From Candidatus Lustribacter sp. (lineage in GTDB: Bacteria > Vulcanimicrobiota > Vulcanimicrobiia > Vulcanimicrobiales > Vulcanimicrobiaceae): 64,000 nucleotides of DNA. The stretch is from contig OZ255842.1 of NCBI GenBank assembly GCA_965277805.1, forward strand, positions 3,584,001-3,648,000, written 5' to 3'. This document shows positions 9,915-19,168 of this stretch, in pieces. The position numbers and the translations under genes were made by a program. The notes below the pieces were generated by a model. It did no database searches. It was not told where the DNA came from and worked only from the letters and a program-made list of their open reading frames with translations. Positions within the stretch are counted from its first letter, which is position 1; each line of letters starts with the position of its first letter.

Positions 9915-11176
9915 CGCTGCGTGTCTGGATCGTTTTCGTAGCCGTTATCGGGAGCCTTTACGCCGTGCGCCACCTGCTGTTTTCGTGGAACCGGCTATGG
10001 ATGTGCCAGCGCACCGCCCTACACGAACTGCAGGATCGAACTCCACCTCCGGTCACGGTTCTGGTTCCGATGCACAACGAAGAGAAAGTCGCCGCCCGTA
10101 TCCTCGAACTCTTGGCCGGAAGCGACTATCCGAAAGAACTGCTGCAAGTGATTGCGATCAACGATCATTCGGAAGACGGAACCGCCGAAATCGTCGACGC
10201 GTACACGCGCCGCTTTCCGTTCATCGAAGCACTTCATATAAAGCAGGGCGCGCGCGGAAAGGCAGCGGGGCTCAATCGCGCGCTGATCCTCGCAAAGTAC
10301 GAAATCGTCCTCGTGTTCGATGCCGACTATGAGCCGGCTCCCGGATTGCTTCGAACACTGGGGGCCGTCTTTCTCGATCCGACCGTCGGTGCTTGCATGG
10401 GACGCGTGGTGCCCGTGAACACCGGCCGGAATCTCTTGACGCGATTACTCTCGCTCGAGCGCACCGGCGGCTACCAAGTCGATCAGCAAGCACGCTTCAA
10501 TCTCGGACTGCTGCCGCAGTACGGGGGCACGGTGGGCGGCTTCAGACGGTCGGTCGTCATGGAACTGGGCGGATTTGACCCGTCGGCCGTTTCGGAAGAC
10601 ACCGATCTAACCATTCGGATGTACATCGCCGGCTGGGGCGTCGCCTACGTGAATCGCGCTGAGTGCTACGAGGAAGTCCCCGAAACCTGGAGCGTGCGAT
10701 TCCGGCAGTTGCGCCGCTGGTCGCGCGGACACAATACCGCGTTGATCAAGACGTGCGTCGCGTTACTGCGCTGCAGACGCAGCTGGCGGGAAAAATACGA
10801 TGCCTTCCTGCTCATGGGTGAGTTCACGATGCCGCCGCTCATCCTTTCGGCTGCAGCGGCGAACGTCGTGTTGTTCTTGCAAGGATCCGCTCTTGCTTGG
10901 GAAGAGCTGGCGCTTTCGCTTTTGATCGTTCTGTACAACGCCTTCGGAAGCTTTGCACCGTTTTATCAAATCGCCGCCGGCGAACTGCTCGACGGAGCAA
11001 ACCGCCGTCTGATGCTCATTCCGTTCATGGCTCTCGCGTTTCCATTCAATTGCTGGTGCGTCACGACGGGAGCGTTTGATGCCTGGGGCGACGTTCTCAA
11101 ACAGCGGATACCGATCTGGGAAAAGACCGAACGCTTCGCCACGGCGGTGACGGTGGAAAATGCAGGCGTTGGTTAG
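9899..11176 (+). CDS. Processive GT2 glycosyltransferase (cellulose/PNAG-synthase-like)
   Basis: VLVPMHNE, NDHSED, KAAGLN, FDAD, SEDTDL, QLRRW (D,D,D,QxxRW motif), plus N- and C-terminal TM helices. Confidence 0.92.
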   Translation: MAMDVALRVWIVFVAVIGSLYAVRHLLFSWNRLWMCQRTALHELQDRTPPPVTVLVPMHNEEKVAARILELLAGSDYPKELLQVIAINDHSEDGTAEIVDAYTRRFPFIEALHIKQGARGKAAGLNRALILAKYEIVLVFDADYEPAPGLLRTLGAVFLDPTVGACMGRVVPVNTGRNLLTRLLSLERTGGYQVDQQARFNLGLLPQYGGTVGGFRRSVVMELGGFDPSAVSEDTDLTIRMYIAGWGVAYVNRAECYEEVPETWSVRFRQLRRWSRGHNTALIKTCVALLRCRRSWREKYDAFLLMGEFTMPPLILSAAAANVVLFLQGSALAWEELALSLLIVLYNAFGSFAPFYQIAAGELLDGANRRLMLIPFMALAFPFNCWCVTTGAFDAWGDVLKQRIPIWEKTERFATAVTVENAGVG

Positions 11177-12107
11177 CATTCTGATCTTGGCGACGCTCTT
11201 GGCGGTCGTCACGATCCCTTTCATGCCGGGCCTCTTCGAAATACTGCGGCCCAGCGACGACCGGCCGTTGGCCTTGGATCGTTCGTACGCGCGAGATCCG
11301 TTTGTTCTTGCGCGGGAATTTCGCGCCGAGTTTCAGTCCTTACTCGCGATTCCAAGCTGGCGGCATACGAGCTCCCCTTCAAAGGACGTCCGGCTGGCGT
11401 CGGTGCTCCGCATCGCAAACGGTGGTCACGAGCGGCGCGCGGTTTTTGCTACGACGTCGATCGAGACGGGCACGGAAGCGCGGCTCGGCAACTGCTATGC
11501 GCGCCAATCGGTCACGCTCGGTCCGAATTCGCGCGCTCGCGCGGTGCTTACTGAGGGCAGCCTCCGGCTGATGTACGGATCGAGCATCGAGCGTTGGTGC
11601 CATTCGGCAGTAGACACATATGCGGAGGCCGCCTGCGACTTGGGCCGATCGGCAACCAGCGAGGGCACGCTCAACGCGGAGCGCGGCGTTCGCTTTCAAC
11701 GTGTGCATGGGAATCCGGTATGCACCTATGCGGACGTTTTGACGTCCGGCACGGCGATGGAGCAATTGGTTTTAGCGGGCGAGGAGGGCCCGCTCGTGAC
11801 GAACGGTGACTGCGACATTCCGGCCGGGACGGTCATACACGGGTCGATCCGGTCGCGTGCGGCCGTTCGGGTCGGAAGCGCGGCGCAAGTACATGGCAAC
11901 GTAATCGCTTCCGGAGAAATCGTGCTCGAGCCCCACGCGATCGTCTTGGGACACGTATCATCGCCGGCCGACATAAGGCTCGGCGCAAACTCCCGCGTCG
12001 GAAGCAGTCTCAACGCGAAGACGGTCTACGGTAGCCGCGTCGTGCTAGCCGCCGGAGTGCGCGTCTTTGGATCGATCGTGACGAACCGCGGGGGATTGAT
12101 CGAATGA
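11160..12107 (+). CDS. Membrane-anchored beta-helix (bactofilin/polymer-forming-like) protein
   Basis: N-terminal TM followed by repeats such as VIHGSIRSRAAVRVGSAAQVHGNVIASGEIVLEPHAIVLGHV. Confidence 0.6.
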   Translation: MQALVSILILATLLAVVTIPFMPGLFEILRPSDDRPLALDRSYARDPFVLAREFRAEFQSLLAIPSWRHTSSPSKDVRLASVLRIANGGHERRAVFATTSIETGTEARLGNCYARQSVTLGPNSRARAVLTEGSLRLMYGSSIERWCHSAVDTYAEAACDLGRSATSEGTLNAERGVRFQRVHGNPVCTYADVLTSGTAMEQLVLAGEEGPLVTNGDCDIPAGTVIHGSIRSRAAVRVGSAAQVHGNVIASGEIVLEPHAIVLGHVSSPADIRLGANSRVGSSLNAKTVYGSRVVLAAGVRVFGSIVTNRGGLIE

Positions 12108-13942
12108 ATCGGCAGGTCGTCCTCGCGGCCGGCGTCCTGCTGCTCTGCATCGCGACGTTTCATCGCGCGTACACGCTTGCGACGTTTGCGCCGGCCAACC
12201 GCATCGTCGTCGGAATGGTGTATGACTCCAGACCTCTGGCGTCGGAGTCGGAGCTGCTCGCGGCGTACCAGTCGTTTTTTGAGGAAAACGGCATCCCGTT
12301 CACCATGGTCGCCTCAAGCGATCTCGTGCTGAAGACGCCTGACGAACTGATCGCAACGTTTCCTGCCCTCGTCTTCGGGGACGGGGTCGACGCCTGGGTC
12401 CCCGCCGCCACGCCGCAATTGATGCGTCGATATGCGGCCCTGGGCGGTAACGTGGCGCTGATCGGAGACGTTGGAACCCGGGATCGATTTGGGCAATTTC
12501 TCGGGCGCGCGGCGACCGCCGACCTGATCGGGGTCGACTACGTGCGATATTCAATCAGCCCGCAAACGTCGCTTTTTCACGGATCGTTTCAATTCGCCGA
12601 CGACGCCACGGTGGCCCGATGGGGCGTCCCGCTCGGAAAATTGACGCCGAAATTGGAGATCGCGTCCTATCAGTACGGCCCGTTGATCTATCCGTTCGCA
12701 AAGGCTGTCGTCATTGCACCGGACGTTCGGATCGATGCATCGAGTGGCAATAGCCCGGTGCTGGCGACGCGCCGCATCCGTCGCGGGAACGTCCTTTGGA
12801 CCGGACTGCCGCTGGGCTACCTGAAGGGTCACAGCGATGCCTTTCCCATGCAACTCATCTTACAGCAGTTTCTGGACCATACGGCCGGCGTGCCGCATCT
12901 CGTGCCCGCGCCGGGCGGCATCGGCCGTCTTATCATCAACGTCCACCTCGATTCGAATGCGGAGTGGCAGTCGATCCCGCACCTATTTGCCGCACGGCTC
13001 GTTCGCAAAACGGTACCGATGGAGTTCGACGCGACGGCCGGCCCGGATCGCGACCGCCCGGGTGATCACGAAGGCCTCGACGCGTGCGGACTCGGTGAAC
13101 CGCTGATTCGAGAACTCGAGGGATACGGCACGATTGGATCTCACGGCGGCTGGGCGCACAACTATTTCGCCTGGGGTGTCGAGGACGGCACGCTCGCGAA
13201 AAACCGCATCACCGATCTCATCAAGCGCAACAACGAGTGCCTCACGAGCATTACCGGCAAGCCGATCCGCAGCTTCGCGGCTCCCGATGGCGCTCAACCG
13301 CAACCATTGATGACAAACATCTTGGCGCGGTTGGGCATGAATTCGTATTACTATACGGGCGATACCGGAATGTCGGCGACGCGCGCCTTCTACGACGGAA
13401 GAATGGTGAGCTCGTCCGTTTGGGCGTTCCCGATCATGCCGTACGATCGCGCCGCATCCCTACATGAGATGGCCGTCGCGAAGGACAAGCCACAAGCCGT
13501 TCTGCATTGGCTCGACACCTCGGCAGCGTACGCGGCGCGCACGCGTTCGATCATGTTGGTGTACAGCCATGGCTACGACCTCTTCGTAAACGATCAGTTC
13601 GACTCGTCGTTCAGGAGCTTCTTGGACTCCGTCCAACGTCTAGAGAAATCGGGCCGGCTCTTGACGGCCGGCATGGCGCAATCCGCAACCTTTCTGCAAC
13701 GGTTCGTCACGACGAACGATACGTTCGAACGGACGACGCACGGCATGATCGTTCATTTAGCGAACGGCAAGGGGCTCCGGGATATCGCGTTTGCGGTGCC
13801 GTTCGGCTACGTCCCGCAAGTTCGTACGCCGTGGTTGGCGTACCGCGGCGCGGAGCAGGCGTCCGGAGTATTCGCGATTACCGACAATCGCAAGACAGCC
13901 GACATATCATTTTCCACGACGTCTATGACGCTGCGTCGATGA
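12104..13942 (+). CDS. Polysaccharide deacetylase (CE4/NodB-like) with an N-terminal alpha/beta domain
   Basis: N-terminal anchor; NVHLDSN, IGSHGGWAH, RSFAAPDG, LVYSH motifs. Confidence 0.75.
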   Translation: MNRQVVLAAGVLLLCIATFHRAYTLATFAPANRIVVGMVYDSRPLASESELLAAYQSFFEENGIPFTMVASSDLVLKTPDELIATFPALVFGDGVDAWVPAATPQLMRRYAALGGNVALIGDVGTRDRFGQFLGRAATADLIGVDYVRYSISPQTSLFHGSFQFADDATVARWGVPLGKLTPKLEIASYQYGPLIYPFAKAVVIAPDVRIDASSGNSPVLATRRIRRGNVLWTGLPLGYLKGHSDAFPMQLILQQFLDHTAGVPHLVPAPGGIGRLIINVHLDSNAEWQSIPHLFAARLVRKTVPMEFDATAGPDRDRPGDHEGLDACGLGEPLIRELEGYGTIGSHGGWAHNYFAWGVEDGTLAKNRITDLIKRNNECLTSITGKPIRSFAAPDGAQPQPLMTNILARLGMNSYYYTGDTGMSATRAFYDGRMVSSSVWAFPIMPYDRAASLHEMAVAKDKPQAVLHWLDTSAAYAARTRSIMLVYSHGYDLFVNDQFDSSFRSFLDSVQRLEKSGRLLTAGMAQSATFLQRFVTTNDTFERTTHGMIVHLANGKGLRDIAFAVPFGYVPQVRTPWLAYRGAEQASGVFAITDNRKTADISFSTTSMTLRR

Positions 13943-14469
13943 TCGGCAGCGCACGTGCGGCAGGCTACGTTCCAAGATTCAGCATTGCTCTTCTCGTGCT
14001 GGCTGCGGTGCTGATTTGGCCGGCGACCGCGATTTCGAGCCTCCCCCGGCTCGCGCGCGTGTCGTATGAGGATCCGCTGCTCTCGCGTGTGACGATCCTT
14101 TGGCGATGCGACCCGGTATCCGGCGGAAACGTCGTCTACCGCGGTTACATGGATGCGGCTCCGCATGGAACCGCCGAGACGGTCGTGGGGGGTCTCATCT
14201 GGCTCGCCGATAGCGGCTTGATCGGCAAGGGCAAGACCGTGACGTCTCGCCAAACGGACGGCCGTTTTTCGGCAGCGGTCGACGTCCCTCGCGGTCCCGA
14301 GGGAACCTTCAACCTGATGCCGTTTCGGATTCTGTTCAACGGTTCGAAGTGCGGATCGCCGGTCAGCATCTACTGGTTGCCCATCGACGAGGCCGACCTG
14401 CCGTCCATCGCACGCTCGAACGATCGGCGTTTCTCCATCGACCGCGCACACGAATTCGCGTTGCGCTGA
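13939..14469 (+). CDS. Hypothetical exported or membrane-anchored protein
   Basis: ATG at 13939 overlaps the previous stop (ATGA); hydrophobic N-terminus. Confidence 0.55.
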   Translation: MIGSARAAGYVPRFSIALLVLAAVLIWPATAISSLPRLARVSYEDPLLSRVTILWRCDPVSGGNVVYRGYMDAAPHGTAETVVGGLIWLADSGLIGKGKTVTSRQTDGRFSAAVDVPRGPEGTFNLMPFRILFNGSKCGSPVSIYWLPIDEADLPSIARSNDRRFSIDRAHEFALR

Positions 14470-14484
14470 CGGGCCACGTTCATT

Positions 14485-15168
14485 TCACCGGAACGAGGCG
14501 ACGACGCCGTTGCAGACGAGTGCCCAGCCGTCGACGAGTACGAATAGGAGCAGTTTGCAGGGGAGTGAGATGATGGGCGGGCTTAGCATGAACATCCCCA
14601 GGCCCATCAGCACGGCGGCGACGGCAAGGTCGATGGCGACGAACGGGAGATAAAGCGCGACGCCGATCGCGAACGCGCTACGCAGTTCACCGACGACGAA
14701 CGCGGGGATCAGAACCGTAAGCGGCGTGCGTTCGGGCGCTTCGTCGGACGGGCGGTGCGCGACGTGCGCGAAAACGTCGATGTCGCGCCGTTTCGTCTGC
14801 CGCAGCATGAACGCGCGCAGCGGTTCGACGGCACGATTGAGAAACTGCCGCTGCGACATCGTACCGGCGGCGTACGGGCGCAATGCGTCGTGCTCGATGC
14901 GCTCGATCGTCGGCGTCATGATGACGAACGTCAACACGAGCGCGAGGCCGGTCAACACGGGATTCGGCGGCAGCGATGCCGCGCCGATCGCGGAGCGCAC
15001 CAGCGAGAGCACGACGACGATGCGAACGAACGACGTCGAAAGCACCAGCACGAACGGTGCGATCGAGAGGAGCGTCAGCCCGGCCAGAATATCGAGCGGC
15101 AGCGCCGCGTGATTGCGGCCCGCGATCGAAAGCAACTCGTCCATGCGTCCACCGTAGACGGTGCGCAT
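14485..15168 (-). CDS. fliP: Flagellar export gate protein FliP
   Basis: TSFVRIVVVLSLVRSAIG, PPNPVLTGLAL, LIPAFVVGELRSAF, YLPFVAIDL, LGMFMLSPPIISLPCKLLLFVLVDGW. Confidence 0.95.
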   Translation of the reverse strand: MRTVYGGRMDELLSIAGRNHAALPLDILAGLTLLSIAPFVLVLSTSFVRIVVVLSLVRSAIGAASLPPNPVLTGLALVLTFVIMTPTIERIEHDALRPYAAGTMSQRQFLNRAVEPLRAFMLRQTKRRDIDVFAHVAHRPSDEAPERTPLTVLIPAFVVGELRSAFAIGVALYLPFVAIDLAVAAVLMGLGMFMLSPPIISLPCKLLLFVLVDGWALVCNGVVASFR

Positions 15169-15186
15169 GGCCGCGATGTTACCGCG

Positions 15187-15444
15187 TTACGGTTTTTCGA
15201 TGAGCTCCGTGACGCGGACGCCGAAGTTTTCATCGATGGCGACGACTTCGCCGCGCGCGACGAGGCGATCGTTGACGAGCAAGTCCACCGGACCACCGGC
15301 GAGACGATCGAGTTCGACCACCGAACCCGTCCCGAGCTTCAGGATGTCGCGCACCAACATTTTGGCCGTGCCAAGTTCAGCCGTTACCGTGAGCGGCACG
15401 TTCATCAACAGATCGAGATTATTGCCGTCCGGCGCGATCACCAC
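15187..15444 (-). CDS. fliN: Flagellar C-ring protein FliN
   Basis: LDLLMNVPLTVTAELG...GSVVELDRLAGGPVDLLVNDRLVARGEVVAIDENFGVRV. Confidence 0.95.
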   Translation of the reverse strand: MVIAPDGNNLDLLMNVPLTVTAELGTAKMLVRDILKLGTGSVVELDRLAGGPVDLLVNDRLVARGEVVAIDENFGVRVTELIEKP

Positions 15445-16235
15445 GGATCTCCCCTCGGGGTAATGGACCGTACTTCGAATGCGGGCCGGCCATGTTGCAG
15501 GCCGCAGGTCCCGAAGCCAATCCTCTGGCCGCCGACGTTCAATTCGCCCTCGCCGTCGACCTTGGTACTCAGCAGGACAACGGTGCCGACTCGGAGCTCG
15601 AGCAGGCGTGGAACGGCCAGTTCCCCGCGTCCCAGGAGCACCCGGACATCCACCGCGGCGCCGCCGAGCGTGGCGGGGGTCACGGTTGCCGACGGCGGCG
15701 CCTCAGGCAGGTCGCGCACGATCCCGACACCCAGCGTCAGCGCCACCGGCGCCGTGACCCGAACGTCGAAATAGGCCACCGACCGTGGGACCTGTGCCGC
15801 TTCGACCGCGCGCGTCGGCCCACGCCGCTCCACGCACAGCGCCTCGCAGGCGTTCGCGCAGCGGGCTACGATGCGTTCGATCGCCCCGGCCTCGAGCGCA
15901 CTCCAGGAACCTTGATCCGCGGATGAATCTTCGCCGAACGCCGCCGCCACCAGCCGGCGCGCGTCGCGGGCCGCGAGTACGAACACGACATCGGTCGCGC
16001 GGCCGGGGGTCGCGAAGAGCAGCGCGTCCTGCGTGAGGCTGCGCCAGGCCGCCGCATCGAGGGCAACCGGCTCGCCGATCGTCACGCTGCACGCCTCGCC
16101 CAAGAGTGTCCGCAAGCCCTCGCGCACGCCGTTGGCAAGAACGCAGGCCGCATCGACCGGGAGGCTTGGACGGGGCACGAAACGGGTGTGCCGCACGCGT
16201 CCGCGGCGCGGCCCGAACGCAAGCGTCGCGATCAC
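15438..16235 (-). CDS. FliM-like protein with a C-terminal SPOA domain
   Basis: GTG at 16235 overlaps the upstream stop; C-terminal VDVRVLLGRGELAVPRLLELRVGTVVLL...FGTCGLQHGRPAFEV; directly upstream of fliN. Confidence 0.7.
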   Translation of the reverse strand: MIATLAFGPRRGRVRHTRFVPRPSLPVDAACVLANGVREGLRTLLGEACSVTIGEPVALDAAAWRSLTQDALLFATPGRATDVVFVLAARDARRLVAAAFGEDSSADQGSWSALEAGAIERIVARCANACEALCVERRGPTRAVEAAQVPRSVAYFDVRVTAPVALTLGVGIVRDLPEAPPSATVTPATLGGAAVDVRVLLGRGELAVPRLLELRVGTVVLLSTKVDGEGELNVGGQRIGFGTCGLQHGRPAFEVRSITPRGDPW

Positions 16236-16954
16236 TTGAGCAAATCCATCACGACTTTGGAGCCCGCGCCCTGCGCTTTGTTCGCGGCCTGCAGCGCGGA
16301 GAACGCAACGTAGGCTTCGGTGAGCCGTTGCAAGCCGGTATCGATGTCGACGTTGCCGATGTCGCGAGCGTGCGTCGCGAGCGCGGGGAATGCGCCGTCG
16401 GCCGGCGCACCGACGTGCGGCACGATGCCGGCCACCGCACCGAAGTGCGTCGCATCGAGCCGCTGCGGATTGCTCCCGGCCGGAAATCGCGCCAGCGCAA
16501 TGCGCCCGACGACCGCGCGTTCGGCTGACCGTTCGCGCGTGCGCGGATCGATCGACGTGCGTGTGTACGCCAGCACGCCGTCGTCTTCGAGGTGCACGTC
16601 GGTGCCACGGCCGAGCGTGCGATCCGGCTCGGGCAAGCGCAACGGCGCGAGCGCGCCGCCGCCGGGCGGCGTGCCGAGCACGCGCGCGCCGTCGGCCGTT
16701 TGCAGCGTGCCGTCGCTGCCGATATGGAAGCTGCCGGCGCGCGTGAACGTGCGCGCACCGCGCTCGTCCGCCGCGACGAACCACGCGCCGGGCGGTGCCG
16801 CGACGCTGAGCGGATCGTCCGACGGTAACGGCGGCAGATTGCCGCCCACGTCGCCGAATTGCGGCATCGCGCCCGGTGTATAGGCGGCGAGCACGTCGTT
16901 CGCGCGATCGGCGATACGTTTGAGCGCATCGAGCGAGGCGGCCGGCAGCATCAT
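16232..16954 (-). CDS. Flagellar rod/hook family protein (FlgE/F/G-like), divergent
   Basis: DPLSVAAPPGAWFV, TFTRAGSFHIGSDGTLQTADGARVLG, VGRIALARF, GNVDIDTGLQRL...YVAFSALQAANK. Confidence 0.8.
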   Translation of the reverse strand: MMLPAASLDALKRIADRANDVLAAYTPGAMPQFGDVGGNLPPLPSDDPLSVAAPPGAWFVAADERGARTFTRAGSFHIGSDGTLQTADGARVLGTPPGGGALAPLRLPEPDRTLGRGTDVHLEDDGVLAYTRTSIDPRTRERSAERAVVGRIALARFPAGSNPQRLDATHFGAVAGIVPHVGAPADGAFPALATHARDIGNVDIDTGLQRLTEAYVAFSALQAANKAQGAGSKVVMDLLK

Positions 16955-17475
16955 GGCGCGCCGACCCGCACGCCGCTGCCGGCCAATGCGAAGCGCGCGC
17001 TCGCGAGCGCACGTTCCACGACATCACGCAGCGGATTGCTGCAGAGCGCAACGATGCGCAGCGCCGTGCCGTCGTGATGAACGAGCAGACGCACGCGCCC
17101 GCCCGCGACGTCGAGGGTGTGCGTGGCCGGCACCGGACGGCGCGCGCTGAGCCGTTCCACCGCCCGCTCGATGCGCCGTGTCGTCTCGCTCGGCGGGCGC
17201 CGCCGTTCGGGTACCGCCGACGCGCGTGCGTCTGCAGCGTGCCGCACGCGCGTGGGCGGCGGCGCGATGACGCGTTCGCGGTGAGGCGGAACCGCAGCAA
17301 CGCGCGCGAGCACCGCCGGACGCGCATCCTCTGCGCTGCGCTGCGCGGCCGGCATTCGCGCCGGCCCCGCATCGTGCGCCAAATGCAGCGCGGAATACCA
17401 GGCTTCGCTGAGCGCGCGCCGGTCGGTCTGCGCGATCTGGGTGGCGATCACCGCCACGCCGTCGGATGCATTCAT
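16951..17475 (-). CDS. Short FliK-like protein (possible hook-length-control C-terminal domain)
   Basis: 174 aa; Pro/Ala/Arg-rich middle; C-terminal GGRVRLLVHHDGTALRIVALCSNPLRDVVERALASARFALAGSGV resembles the FliK-C pattern; GGAGGG RBS; sits at the fliK position. Confidence 0.5.
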   Translation of the reverse strand: MNASDGVAVIATQIAQTDRRALSEAWYSALHLAHDAGPARMPAAQRSAEDARPAVLARVAAVPPHRERVIAPPPTRVRHAADARASAVPERRRPPSETTRRIERAVERLSARRPVPATHTLDVAGGRVRLLVHHDGTALRIVALCSNPLRDVVERALASARFALAGSGVRVGAP

Positions 17476-17534
17476 CTCGTTTTCCCTCCGGCGTCAGCGT
17501 AGCGTGCCGGAATCATCGCAAAACTGCGGCGTTG

Positions 17535-17963
17535 TTACCGGCTTGCGATCAGCTGGTCGATCGCAAGCGTGGCGTCGGCAACGCGGCGGTACAGTCCACG
17601 CGCCACGTTGACGCCGAGCGCCGGTAACGCCGTCAGCGCCGCGAGCAGCACGTCGCCGTCTGCCACCGCCACGTGCGTCTCCTCGCGGCAGACCGCCGAC
17701 CACGGATGGCGCGGCAACGGCTCGAGTAAGGCGCCTTCACCCGTGAACTCCCCTGGACCGAGCACCGCCACCGTGGTGCGCTCGCGTCCCGTGCGCTGCA
17801 CGATCGCAACGCTGCCGTTGAGGATCAGGAACACCTCGTGCGCCGCGCCGCCGCGTTCGTAGAGCGTCGCGCCCGCTGGAAACGTCGCGAGGCGAAAGGC
17901 CGGCAACACGCGCATCAACGACGCCGCATCCACGCCGCTGAAGAACGCGTTGTCGGTGAGCAT
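17535..17963 (-). CDS. Stand-alone cyclic-nucleotide-binding domain protein
   Basis: ATG at 17963; FPAGATLYERGG, VFLILNGSV, LGPGEFTGEGALL; no HTH. Confidence 0.8.
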   Translation of the reverse strand: MLTDNAFFSGVDAASLMRVLPAFRLATFPAGATLYERGGAAHEVFLILNGSVAIVQRTGRERTTVAVLGPGEFTGEGALLEPLPRHPWSAVCREETHVAVADGDVLLAALTALPALGVNVARGLYRRVADATLAIDQLIASR

Positions 17964-18484
17964 CAGTGCTCGGCGAGCAATTTCTGCACGATCCGGTTGA
18001 CCGCATCGTCTTGCGAATCGCCGACCACCGTCGCTCGCAGCTTTCCGCTGCGATCGAAAAACAGCTGCGTCGGCCAGGCGTCCACGCCGTAGGCGTTCCA
18101 GATCGCATACGAGTTGTCGATCGCAACGGGCCAGGTGATGCCCTGCTTCTTCAGGTTCTCGATCACGTTCGCACGGTTCTTCTCGAACGGCGTCTCGGGA
18201 CTGTGAATCCCGACGATCAGCAGATCGCCGGCTTTCTTCGCATTGAGCGCACGCAGATTCGGCACGACGTTCTGGCAGTTGTAGCAGTCGAACGTGAACA
18301 CGTCGACGACCACGACCTTGCCCGCGGTTTCGGCCGGCGTCAGTTGACCGTTGAGCCAGCCTTGCGAGGCGGCGTACACCGGTGCGAGCGTCGCGGCGCG
18401 CACCGGCGCGGCAGCGGCCGAATGCGTTGCCGATCCGGCGACGAGCGTGGCAACGATGCCGGCGAGCAGTGTGGTGCGGAACAT
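17963..18484 (-). CDS. Exported redoxin (thioredoxin fold, DipZ/TlpA-like)
   Basis: Signal peptide; GKVVVVDVFTFDCYNC, GIHSPE, WNAYGVDAWPT. Confidence 0.88.
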   Translation of the reverse strand: MFRTTLLAGIVATLVAGSATHSAAAAPVRAATLAPVYAASQGWLNGQLTPAETAGKVVVVDVFTFDCYNCQNVVPNLRALNAKKAGDLLIVGIHSPETPFEKNRANVIENLKKQGITWPVAIDNSYAIWNAYGVDAWPTQLFFDRSGKLRATVVGDSQDDAVNRIVQKLLAEH

Positions 18485-18487
18485 CGG

Positions 18488-19168
18488 TCAATCCTTCCGG
18501 TGCAGAACGGTGATATAACCGCCCTCTTGTTTGATTTGGCCCGCGCGCACGAGCTGGTTCATCTCGAGGCTCACCGTTTCGCGCGTGCTGCCGATGATCG
18601 AGGCGATGTCTTGATGCGTCAGCCGCAGGTCGAGTAGCGTGCCGTCACCGGTGGTTCGGCCGTGCTCGGCCGCAAGACGCTCGAAGAGATTCACCAGCCG
18701 GTCGCTGATCTTCGCATAGGCGAGATCTTCGATCGTCGCCGACGCATCGCTCAAACGGTCGTTGAGCATCTGCGCGACGTTGAGCGCGAGTGCCGAGTTG
18801 CCGGCGAGCAGCGCGAACAGATCGTCCGCGTGCGCTTTGCAAATCAGCGTTTCTTCCATGCACGTCGCGACCGTCGTGCGTTCACCGCCGCCGAAGAGCG
18901 CGTCTTCACCGAACATGTCGCCCGGGCCGAGAATCGCAACCGTGACTTCCTTGCCGTCGGCGGTGTTGCGCGCGATGCGTACGCGACCGGTCTTGATGAG
19001 AAACACGACCTTCTTCGCATCGCCCTGATCGAAGAACGTGGAGCGCTTGGGCAGCAGCTCCATCGTGAAGATGCCCTCGCTGCCCGCGATCGCCTCGACC
19101 GGCACGTTCGCGAAAAGCCGGTTCTTCTTCAGATACCAGATCTTGTTTTCGGTGTCTTCGGCTTCCAT
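18488..19168 (-). CDS. Crp/Fnr-family transcriptional regulator
   Basis: cNMP domain (ILGPGDMFGE) plus HTH LTHQDIASIIGSTRETVS. Confidence 0.92.
   Translation of the reverse strand: MEAEDTENKIWYLKKNRLFANVPVEAIAGSEGIFTMELLPKRSTFFDQGDAKKVVFLIKTGRVRIARNTADGKEVTVAILGPGDMFGEDALFGGGERTTVATCMEETLICKAHADDLFALLAGNSALALNVAQMLNDRLSDASATIEDLAYAKISDRLVNLFERLAAEHGRTTGDGTLLDLRLTHQDIASIIGSTRETVSLEMNQLVRAGQIKQEGGYITVLHRKD

Noticed and set aside
1784-14484. Prophage, ICE or composite transposon explanation for the insertion
   Set aside because: No integrase, transposase, phage gene, tRNA target or target-site duplication was seen.
15438-17372. 644-aa ORF as a long FliM fusion
   Set aside because: The upstream part overlaps two better-supported genes in other frames; the coupled GTG at 16235 is the plausible start.
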